From Acidimicrobiaceae bacterium (GTDB lineage Bacteria; Actinomycetota; Acidimicrobiia; Acidimicrobiales; JACDCH01), in contig JBEEGH010000034.1 in the NCBI GenBank assembly GCA_041166745.1, forward strand, positions 9,032 to 73,031: a stretch of DNA of 64,000 nt, read 5' to 3'. Within the stretch, counting starts at the first letter, position 1; every line of letters starts with the position of its first letter. Positions 37,682-46,470 of this stretch are shown here, in pieces. The position numbers and the translations under genes were made by a program. The notes below the pieces were generated by a model. The model had not been told where the DNA came from. It saw only the letters and a program-made list of their open reading frames with translations, and did no database searches.

Positions 37682-37888
37682 TCAGACGCCGGGTTTGCCC
37701 TCGCCCTGCTGATGGGCGCCCCGCTCGAGCATCTCTTCCTCGGCCTTGCGCGTCGCCGGGTCGACCGACTGCTTCTCGGCGGCCGCAGCTTCCTCAGGAG
37801 TGGCCTCGCGGCCGGCGTCGTGGGCTTTGCCCGCTTGACGCGCTTCTTCTGCTCGGGTCTCGTCGGAGGGTTTCGTGTGTTCTGACAT
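37682..37888 (-). CDS. Small hydrophilic stress protein (68 aa)
   Basis: MSEHTKPSDETRAEE...GAHQQGEGKPGV; preceded by a SigB/F-type promoter. Confidence 0.65.
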   Translation of the reverse strand: MSEHTKPSDETRAEEARQAGKAHDAGREATPEEAAAAEKQSVDPATRKAEEEMLERGAHQQGEGKPGV

Positions 37889-37897
37889 CGCGGTTCG

Positions 37898-37924
37898 GTA
37901 CCCAACCCCGACGAACCCTGAAAC
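37898..37924 (-). promoter_or_regulatory. SigB/SigF-type promoter
   Basis: GTTT-N17-GGGTAC on the minus strand, 9 nt before the ATG. Confidence 0.7.
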
Positions 37925-37952
37925 CCGACGAACTCGCGCACGCCATGATGGC

Positions 37953-38705
37953 GTGGTGCTGCGCTGCGCAACCTGGCTCGCACCCGGACTTCCACTCGGA
38001 CTGTTCGAGACCGTGTCGTCGGCAGTCGCCCAATCGCTCGGGACCGAAGCGTCACTCGAGTCCTTCACCGAGACGAGCGGACCCGAGCCGGATGACGATC
38101 CCTTCTCTCGAGATGATGTCGACCTCGGCTTTCTGTGTGCGCCGTCGTACCGGCAACTTGCGCGTCGCACGCCGTCGTCGGTTCGGCTCGTCGGCGCTGC
38201 GCCCGTGTTCACCGACGAGCGGAATCAGGGCCGCCCGATGTACTTCGCCGAGCTCGTCGTGCGCGCCGGCGTGGACGCCACTTCGCTCGGGGATCTGGGC
38301 CACGTCCGCATCGGCTTCAACGATCATCAGTCGATGAGCGGGCTGATCGCGTTACGCGAACGGCTCGGCCAACTCGACCTCGACGAATCGGCCGCAAACC
38401 TCGTGCACACGGGCGGACATCGCCGATCGCTCGAGCTGCTCGCGGCCGGCGCCATCGAAGCCGCGTCGATCGACTCGAACACGCTCCTCGGCCTGGGCAC
38501 ACTCCCCGCGGGAATGCGGGTGCTCGAAACGTGGGGGCCGTTCCCCGTGCAGCCTGTCGTTGTTCGGTCATCATTGGTCGACAAGACATGCGAGGTGATT
38601 ACATCGACGCTGCTCTCACTGCATCGCGATGCGACCACGGCCCGCGCCCTGCGCCGATATCGCGTCGAGCGGTTCGCGCCCGTGACTGAGGACGACTACC
38701 TATGA
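37953..38705 (+). CDS. PhnD/SsuA-like substrate-binding fold protein (no signal peptide evident)
   Basis: DLGFLC..SY, FND..SMSG, TGGH..S, ASIDS. Confidence 0.8.
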   Translation: MVLRCATWLAPGLPLGLFETVSSAVAQSLGTEASLESFTETSGPEPDDDPFSRDDVDLGFLCAPSYRQLARRTPSSVRLVGAAPVFTDERNQGRPMYFAELVVRAGVDATSLGDLGHVRIGFNDHQSMSGLIALRERLGQLDLDESAANLVHTGGHRRSLELLAAGAIEAASIDSNTLLGLGTLPAGMRVLETWGPFPVQPVVVRSSLVDKTCEVITSTLLSLHRDATTARALRRYRVERFAPVTEDDYL

Positions 38706-39427
38706 CAAGACCGCTCGTTGCGGTGACCGGCCGGCATCTCAAGCCCGGTCGCATCAGCTCGTGGACCGCCGGCGCTCTGGCCCTGCCCCGCGGCTACACC
38801 GACGCGCTCGATCGCGCCGGGGCGCATCCGGTGCTCCTGCCACCGCCGCTCAGCGATCCGGTGGAGGCGGCCTCCATGCTCGAGCCCTTCGCCGGGCTGG
38901 TCCTCACCGGCGGCGCGGACGTCGACCCCGCCCGCTACGGCCAGGATCCGCACCCGTCGCTGTATGGCGTGGACCAATCGCTCGACGCGTTCGAAATCGG
39001 GCTCGTCGACGCGGCGATCGACGCCGACATTCCGGTGCTCGCCATCTGTCGTGGTCACCAGGTGCTCAATGTGGCGCTCGGGGGCACGCTCGACCAGCAC
39101 ATCACTGATCGTCCGGGACTCCTCGTTCACGGCGATCCCGCGCGCGGACCCGGCGGCGGAGTCGACCATGACGTGACGATCGAATCCGGCACTCGTCTGG
39201 CCGAAGCGCTCGGTGTCACACGTTGTTCCGTTCGATCGCACCACCATCAAGCGGTTGCTGATCTCGCGCCGAAAGCGATCGCCACGGCGTGGTCGGACGA
39301 CGGTGTGAACGAAGGCTTCGAGCTTCCCGAGGGGTGGGTCGTCGCCGTCCAGTGGCACCCGGAGGCGACAGCATCGGACGACGCCATTCAGCAGCGGCTG
39401 TTCAACGCCTTCGTCGCGCAATGCTGA
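38702..39427 (+). CDS. Gamma-glutamyl-gamma-aminobutyrate hydrolase family (peptidase C26)
   Basis: LTGGADVDP, ICRG.Q, HHQA, VQWHPE. Confidence 0.92.
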   Translation: MTRPLVAVTGRHLKPGRISSWTAGALALPRGYTDALDRAGAHPVLLPPPLSDPVEAASMLEPFAGLVLTGGADVDPARYGQDPHPSLYGVDQSLDAFEIGLVDAAIDADIPVLAICRGHQVLNVALGGTLDQHITDRPGLLVHGDPARGPGGGVDHDVTIESGTRLAEALGVTRCSVRSHHHQAVADLAPKAIATAWSDDGVNEGFELPEGWVVAVQWHPEATASDDAIQQRLFNAFVAQC

Positions 39428-39455
39428 GGTAGCGACTCTCCTACGATGCCGGTCG

Positions 39456-40394
39456 ATGGCTGACGAGGGGCATGGCGCCAAGGCAGTGATCGCGGCGTTC
39501 TTCGCCAATCTCGGCATCGCCATCATGAAGTTCATCGGCTTCGCCTTCACGGGCTCCGGTGCGATGCTCGCGGAGGCAGTGCACTCGACCGCCGACACCG
39601 GCAACCAACTGCTGTTGCTGCTGGGCGGCAAGAAGTCCCGCAAGACCGCCGACGAGGAGCACCAGTTCGGCTACGGGCGCGAACGATTCTTCTGGGCGTT
39701 CGTCGTCGCGGTGATGCTGTTCTCGGTCGGGGCGCTTTTCTCGATCTTCGACGGCGTCGAGAAGCTGCAGCACGCCCACGAGCTGGAATCCGCCGAGTGG
39801 GCCATCGGCATCTTGATCGGCGCGATGGTCCTCGAAGCCTTTTCGTTCCGGACCGGTATCCGCGAGGCCCGCAAGGTGAAGCGGAACACGTCGTGGTGGC
39901 GCTTCATCCGCACCGCGAAGAATCCTGAACTTCCCGTTGTGCTGCTGGAAGACCTCGCCGCGCTTCTGGGCCTCGCCTTCGCCCTGTGCGCGGTCGTCGC
40001 CGCCGACCGCACGGGCGATCCGAAGTACGACGCGATCGGCAGTCTGGCGATCGGCATGTTGCTCGGGGTGGTCGCCGTCGTCCTGGCGATCGAGATGCGA
40101 AGCCTGCTTCTCGGGGAGTCTGCACACCCCGAAGTGCAACAACAGATCGCCGACACCATCGCCGAGCAACCACATGTGCTCAAGCTGATTCATCTGCGGA
40201 CCGAGCACCTGGGGCCGGATGAGCTCCTGGTTGCGGCCAAGGTCGAGTTCTCTCCGGAGCTGACCCTTCGCGAGCTGGCCGACGTGGTGAACGATGTCGA
40301 AGCCGCCGTTCGTCGCGAGGTGCCGGAGGCACAGGTCATCTACCTGGAGCCCGACGTCACCCGCGCAGCCCGCGGCGCGATCGCTCCCGAGTAG
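39456..40394 (+). CDS. Cation diffusion facilitator transporter
   Basis: AEAVHSTAD..NQ, HQFGYGRE, EDLAAL, C-terminal IYLEPD. Confidence 0.9.
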   Translation: MADEGHGAKAVIAAFFANLGIAIMKFIGFAFTGSGAMLAEAVHSTADTGNQLLLLLGGKKSRKTADEEHQFGYGRERFFWAFVVAVMLFSVGALFSIFDGVEKLQHAHELESAEWAIGILIGAMVLEAFSFRTGIREARKVKRNTSWWRFIRTAKNPELPVVLLEDLAALLGLAFALCAVVAADRTGDPKYDAIGSLAIGMLLGVVAVVLAIEMRSLLLGESAHPEVQQQIADTIAEQPHVLKLIHLRTEHLGPDELLVAAKVEFSPELTLRELADVVNDVEAAVRREVPEAQVIYLEPDVTRAARGAIAPE

Positions 40395-40421
40395 CTCCCC
40401 ACCCGTAGGTAGGGTTGCGTC

Positions 40422-40820
40422 GTGGCAACGCTCGATGAGAACGCGCAGCGACAACTGCGAGCGCTGGGTGATTTCATCAAGGGGCAACGGCAGATGGCAG
40501 AGCTCTCGCTACGCGAGCTCGCGGCTCGCACAAACGTGTCGAACCCGTACCTGAGCCAGATCGAGCGCGGGCTGCACGAGCCATCCGTGCGTGTGCTCAA
40601 GGCGATCGCCAGCGCGCTGAACATGTCGGCCGAGTCGCTCTTGAAGCAGGCCGGCCTGTTGGAGGAAGACGGCGGCGTCGGCGAGTCGGCGCCGACGACG
40701 GAGAAAGCGATCGCCGCCGACAACGCGTTGAAGCCTGAGCAGCGAACTGCGCTGCTCGCCGTCTACCGCTCGTACCTCGAGGCCAACGAGGCCGAACGCG
40801 CGAAGAAGCCCCGGGCATAA
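40422..40820 (+). CDS. XRE-family HTH regulator (Rv0474-like)
   Basis: LG.FI..QR...LSLR.LA....VSNPYLSQIERG...PS. Confidence 0.88.
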   Translation: MATLDENAQRQLRALGDFIKGQRQMAELSLRELAARTNVSNPYLSQIERGLHEPSVRVLKAIASALNMSAESLLKQAGLLEEDGGVGESAPTTEKAIAADNALKPEQRTALLAVYRSYLEANEAERAKKPRA

Positions 40821-40835
40821 CCCAGGGCTTCTTCG
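40801..40835. terminator. Bidirectional hairpin terminator
   Basis: CGAAGAAGCCC...GGGCTTCTTCG between convergent genes. Confidence 0.7.
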
Positions 40836-40857
40836 TAGAACAGAAGACGAACGGGGT

Positions 40858-41217
40858 TCAGGCGGCCTTGCTCGTCTTGGCGACGACCGGCTTGGCCGGG
40901 GCCTTCTTGGCCGGCAACAGCGGTGAGATCGCTTCGACGATCGCCTTGGAGAAGTCGCGCTGGTTGGCGAGGATCGCCTTCACGAACTCGTGCTGTCCGT
41001 CGACGAACTGCTCGGCGTAGCTGAACGCCTTGTCGATGGCCTCGATCGGGTTCGGGAGCGAATCGGCGAAGGGGACGGCGGGACGGTCCTCGGGGAGGAA
41101 GCCTTCGACGGTCTCGGCCACCTTCTCGACGGCGTCGACGGCGGGCTCTTGGACGGTCTTCATGAGGTCGAGGACCTGGTCCTGCAGCCCGGAAAGCGTC
41201 TCGGTGATGGAAGTCAT
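40858..41217 (-). CDS. Small amphipathic helical protein (phasin/HBHA-like) with K/A/P-rich tail
   Basis: Helical body, tail PAKKAPAKPVVAKTSKAA; adjacent to the Rv0474-like regulator. Confidence 0.65.
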   Translation of the reverse strand: MTSITETLSGLQDQVLDLMKTVQEPAVDAVEKVAETVEGFLPEDRPAVPFADSLPNPIEAIDKAFSYAEQFVDGQHEFVKAILANQRDFSKAIVEAISPLLPAKKAPAKPVVAKTSKAA

Positions 41218-41409
41218 TACGAAAACCTTCTTTGCGTGTGGGGGGTGCTTGGGATCTTGCTTGTGCTGCATACTATGTCAAGCGTTGCTGCCTATGTCAA
41301 GCGAGACATGCGGCACAAGTCCGGGTCCGAATCCCGACGGACTTGGTCGGGTTTCGTCAGCGATCTGCCTAGACTCCGCACGAAACCGCACCACTCGAAG
41401 GAGACCGCT

Positions 41410-42045
41410 ATGGGATTGCGCTTGGGCGACGACGCCCCCGACTTCAAGGCTGAGACCACCGAAGGCCCGATCAACTTCTACGACTGGAAGGGCGACAGCT
41501 GGGCGGTGCTCTTCTCGCACCCGAAGGACTTCACACCGGTGTGCACGACGGAGCTCGGCTACACGGCGAAGCTCAAGCCGGAGTTCGAGAAGCGCAATGT
41601 GAAGGTCATCGGGCTGTCGGTCGACTCCCCCGAGAACCACGAGGCCTGGGCCAACGACATCGAGGAGACCCAGGGAACCCGCCCGAACTTCCCGATCATC
41701 GCCGACAGCGACCGCAAGGTGTCCGACCTCTACGACATGATCCACCCGAACGCAAGCGAGACGACCACGGTCCGCTCGGTGTTCGTGATCGGTCCGGACA
41801 ACAAGGTGAAGCTCACGATCACCTATCCAGCGGCAACGGGTCGAAACTTCGACGAAATCCTGCGCGTCATCGACTCGTTGCAGCTCACCGCGAACTACAG
41901 CGTGGCGACGCCGGTGAACTGGAAGCAGGGCGAAGACGTGATCATCGTCCCCGCGGTGTCCGATGAGGACGCGAAAGCAAAGTTCCCGAAGGGCTGGAAG
42001 ACGCTCAAGCCCTACCTGCGGGTGACCCCCCAGCCTGACAAATAG
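41410..42045 (+). CDS. 1-Cys peroxiredoxin (Prx6)
   Basis: FSHPKDFTPVCTTE, GRNFDE, ATPVNW; AAGGAG SD. Confidence 0.95.
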   Translation: MGLRLGDDAPDFKAETTEGPINFYDWKGDSWAVLFSHPKDFTPVCTTELGYTAKLKPEFEKRNVKVIGLSVDSPENHEAWANDIEETQGTRPNFPIIADSDRKVSDLYDMIHPNASETTTVRSVFVIGPDNKVKLTITYPAATGRNFDEILRVIDSLQLTANYSVATPVNWKQGEDVIIVPAVSDEDAKAKFPKGWKTLKPYLRVTPQPDK

Positions 42046-45000
42046 TCAACGGGCGACGAGGTCGACGCCGCTGGCGGCGACCGCGAACGCGACTCGCCAG
42101 GCGGTGTCGCCGAGCCCGAGGGCTTCGAGCTCGTCGCTCGCCGCGGCGGCGACCGATGATGCCCGGCGATCGCCGGTGACCTCGAGCGCGGTCCCCTCGG
42201 CGAGGCGCAAGAGCGCGTGTGCGAGCACGTCGTCGGTCGCTTCGACGACCTCGCGAGCGTCGTGGAACGCGTGAGCGGATCCTTCGGCGTCGCCCTGCTG
42301 CGCGAACGCGAGACCCTTGGCCTCGAGCGCAATGGTCTTGTCGGCGTAGGTGCCGATGTCGTTGGCGATGATGTCGTCGGCACGTGCGATTGCCTCGATC
42401 GGACGGCCCGCCGCCGCGAGCGCGAGCGCGAGCGCCGACGACGCGTTCGCGTTCTTGGTCGGCGCTGAAAGGACCACCGGCTCGAGGACGGCGACCGCAC
42501 CGGTGGCATCGCCTTGCTGGAGCTTGATCAGGCCGAAGGCGATGGCCGCATCGGTGAAACCGATCTGTCCTGGCTCGGCATCGGGCTCGATCGCCGAGGG
42601 GTCGAGATGGGCGGCGCGATCGGGTAGGCCCACCTGCGCAGCAACGACGGCGCTGAGCAGCGGCGACCACTGATCTGGGCGTGCGGCGGAGCTGAGCACG
42701 TCCATCTCGCCGAGAACCCCGAAGGCCTCTTCGATGCGTCCGGTGGCCACCAGAGCACGGGCAAGCACTCCGAGCGCATTGCCGTTGCCGTACCAATCGG
42801 ACATGGACGCGAACAGGTCGCGGGCTTCTCGGGCCGGCTCGATCGCCGACGCGGTGCGGCCGGTGAACAATCGCAGCGAGGCCAGCAGTACGAGCATCAT
42901 GCCGACCGCCCAGCGGTCACCGCGCTCACGGGCCTCGCCGAGCATTCGCTCGGCCAGACGTTCGGCCTCCAGATACTGACCCTGGTGGAAACGGACCCAT
43001 GCGAGCAGTCCGAGCGCCCACCCGAGTCCGCCGGCATCACCGATCTCGGAGAATGTCGCCGCGGACTCCTGGAGCCACGCGTCGGCGCGATCGGCGCGCC
43101 CTTGGCTGAACGCGAGCCATGCCAAGTTCTGCAGTGCCCACGCCTCGCCGCGCCGGTCGCCGACGAGCTTGTAGAGCTCGAGCGCGTCGCCGAAGGCGGT
43201 CTCGGCCCGCGTGTTGTGGTCCTGGAACATGAGTGTCATGCCCAGCGAGCGCAGCCCGTCGGCCGTGCCGCAATCGTCCCCAAGGCTGCGGAACGAGTCG
43301 ATCGCCGCCTCCAGGCTGACCACGGAGGCGTCGAGCTCGCCGGACTTCTGCTCGAGATCGCCCTGCACCAGAAGCACCCGAGCGCGTCCACCTTCGTCGA
43401 TGGCCTCGTGCATCGCCTGCCCGAGGTCGTCGCGGGCGGCGTCGAGCTCGCGCAGCTGGATGGCGGCGCGCGCCCGAGCGAGCAGGAACTGATGGCGAGA
43501 GCCGACGTCCACGACCGCGCCGAGGTCGAGGGCTTGCGTGGCGAGTTGGATCGTGACCATGTGCAATTCGCCGGCTTCGGCCTGGGCGAGCGCGCGTTCC
43601 AGCCACACAACTGCCTTCTCCACCAGATCGTTCGCGTCGAGACTCACGGCGTGTTCCAGGCCGCCGAAGTGGGCGACTGAACCGATCTCCGCCACGAGCG
43701 CCGCCGCGACTGCGTAATGGTGCGCGATGCGGTCGACGTCGGCCGCATCGTCTTTGTGGTGGATCTCCATCCACTTCGCGATCCCGGCGTGCCGGCGAAC
43801 GCGATCGGCCTTGGTGAGCATGCCGTACGCGACCTCGCGCACCAGGTCAGACCGGAACGACCAGATGCCGTTGTCGATGACGAGCACGTCTTTGGTGACC
43901 AAGCCATCGATGGCGGCGTTGATCTCCGGAACGCCGTGCGCCTCTCGCGCCATGATCCTGAGTGCTTCGGCCGGGCCTCGCCGGCCCATCACCGCGGCGT
44001 CGTCGAGTGTGCGCCGCTCGTCGGCGTTCAGTCCGTCGAGCCGCGCGGCGACAAGCCCGCGCAACGTGTCGGGTAGCTCGGTACGCCCCGATGATCCGCC
44101 GACCCCGCCGACCATCCCGGCTTCCGTCAGCAGCGAGACGAGTTCCTCGAGGTAGAAGGGGTTGCCCCCGCTGCGGTCGAGAAGCACGTCGCGAAGGTCA
44201 GCAGGCAGCTCGCCTTCGACGAGGGCACCGAGCAGAGCGGTGGCCGCGTCGCGATCAAGCGGATCGAGGTTGAGGACGACGGCGTTGTGCCGGCCGGGCT
44301 TGGGGTTCCAGCGCTCGAGGAGGGAATGTCGCGCGGTGGCGATGAGCACGAACGGTTGATTGGCCACGCGCTCGAGCAACTCGTCCATTCGGTCGAGCAC
44401 GATGTCGTCGGCCCAGTGCAGATCGGACAGCAGAACGATCATCGGACGCTGCCGGGTGGCGGACTCGACGAAGCTGAACAGCGACCGAACCATCTCCTCG
44501 CGCGCTCGGCCCGGATCGATGTCGCGCAGCGGACCGTCGTAGCCCATGAGATGCAGAAGGCCGTTCGTGACCCGTTCGACCTCGACCGCCATCGAGTCGC
44601 CCAGCGCGTTGCGAACTGCCTCCGTGCAACGTTCGTGAGCCACTTCGGTGGAGTCGTCGGCCGTGATGCCGCAGCCCGCTCGTAATGCTTCGGCCACGGG
44701 CCACCACACGTTGGCCTCGCCGTAGGGGACGCAACGTCCTTCCAGCACGACCGCGTCGTGCTCGCACTCCGCCGCAGTGGCTGCCTCTTCCGCCACGCGC
44801 GTCTTGCCCATCCCGGCCTCGCCGATGAGCAGCAATAGATGGGCGCGGCGACGGGTGACGGCCGTGTTTATGGCGTGCCCCATGAGACCGAGCTCGGCAT
44901 CGCGGCCGACGAGCGGCGCGCGTCCTCGATTTGGTCGTGCCCCCGGCGGGAGGAGCACGTCTTCGGCGATGCACACCTCGATGGGCTCTTCGCGCCCCTT

Positions 45001-45582
45001 CACCGTGAGCGGGCCGAGCGAGGTGTACTGCACCACCCCACGGGTCGCCGCGACCGTGGTCGGCCCGACGAGCACCTGCCCGGGTTGGGCCGCGGTCTGC
45101 AGCCGGCTCGCACTGTTCACGACGTCGCCCATCGCGGTGTAGTCGCCGCCGGCGCGCAGCGCGCCGACGAGTACCTCGCCCGTGTTGATGCCGATACGCA
45201 ATCGCAGGGCGCGCTCGTCGTCGGTGCTGGCCCAATCGGACAGTGTCCGTTGCATCGCCAGCCCGGCCCGCACGGCGCGCTCGGCGTCGTCTTCGTGGGC
45301 GAGCGGCGCACCGAACAGGGCGAGGATCGCGTCGCCAACGATCTTGTCGACACGTCCGCCGAAGGCGGCGATGTCGAGCACGAGGCGTTCGAAACACCGG
45401 TCGACCAGGTTCTTGACGTGCTCGGGATCGCGGGTCTCGGCCATCGACGTGAATCCGACAAGATCGGCGAAAAGGACGGTGACCACACGCCGCTCGTCGG
45501 AACGATGCTGCAACGGCTGCCCGCAAGACGCGCAGAAGCGTGATCCGTCGACAGCAGTCGCCCCACACGCCGGGCAGGTCAC
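42046..45582 (-). CDS. Zn-ribbon/class III cyclase/AAA ATPase/TPR protein, paralog 3
   Basis: CPACG, FADLVGFT, KIVGDA, YTAMGDVVNSASR, GEAGMGKT; TACAAT 6 nt before GTG. Confidence 0.92.
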   Translation of the reverse strand: MTCPACGATAVDGSRFCASCGQPLQHRSDERRVVTVLFADLVGFTSMAETRDPEHVKNLVDRCFERLVLDIAAFGGRVDKIVGDAILALFGAPLAHEDDAERAVRAGLAMQRTLSDWASTDDERALRLRIGINTGEVLVGALRAGGDYTAMGDVVNSASRLQTAAQPGQVLVGPTTVAATRGVVQYTSLGPLTVKGREEPIEVCIAEDVLLPPGARPNRGRAPLVGRDAELGLMGHAINTAVTRRRAHLLLLIGEAGMGKTRVAEEAATAAECEHDAVVLEGRCVPYGEANVWWPVAEALRAGCGITADDSTEVAHERCTEAVRNALGDSMAVEVERVTNGLLHLMGYDGPLRDIDPGRAREEMVRSLFSFVESATRQRPMIVLLSDLHWADDIVLDRMDELLERVANQPFVLIATARHSLLERWNPKPGRHNAVVLNLDPLDRDAATALLGALVEGELPADLRDVLLDRSGGNPFYLEELVSLLTEAGMVGGVGGSSGRTELPDTLRGLVAARLDGLNADERRTLDDAAVMGRRGPAEALRIMAREAHGVPEINAAIDGLVTKDVLVIDNGIWSFRSDLVREVAYGMLTKADRVRRHAGIAKWMEIHHKDDAADVDRIAHHYAVAAALVAEIGSVAHFGGLEHAVSLDANDLVEKAVVWLERALAQAEAGELHMVTIQLATQALDLGAVVDVGSRHQFLLARARAAIQLRELDAARDDLGQAMHEAIDEGGRARVLLVQGDLEQKSGELDASVVSLEAAIDSFRSLGDDCGTADGLRSLGMTLMFQDHNTRAETAFGDALELYKLVGDRRGEAWALQNLAWLAFSQGRADRADAWLQESAATFSEIGDAGGLGWALGLLAWVRFHQGQYLEAERLAERMLGEARERGDRWAVGMMLVLLASLRLFTGRTASAIEPAREARDLFASMSDWYGNGNALGVLARALVATGRIEEAFGVLGEMDVLSSAARPDQWSPLLSAVVAAQVGLPDRAAHLDPSAIEPDAEPGQIGFTDAAIAFGLIKLQQGDATGAVAVLEPVVLSAPTKNANASSALALALAAAGRPIEAIARADDIIANDIGTYADKTIALEAKGLAFAQQGDAEGSAHAFHDAREVVEATDDVLAHALLRLAEGTALEVTGDRRASSVAAAASDELEALGLGDTAWRVAFAVAASGVDLVAR

Positions 45583-45629
45583 GGGAGGATTGTACGAGGA
45601 CGCGTAGGCCGAACGCCTCAGTGGGAGGA

Positions 45630-45668
45630 TCAGGAATTCCCCTGACGTGCCCTCAGGGTGATACCGCA
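45630..45668 (+). promoter_or_regulatory. Tandem NarL/LuxR-type boxes upstream of the ABC exporter
   Basis: TCAGGAATTCCCCTGA plus a degenerate copy TCAGGGTGATACCGCA. Confidence 0.5.
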
Positions 45669-45704
45669 TTGTTCGCGGCGGCTCGCATCCCTAGGTTGAC
45701 CCGC

Positions 45705-46466
<762 letters not shown>

Positions 46467-46470
46467 CTCG

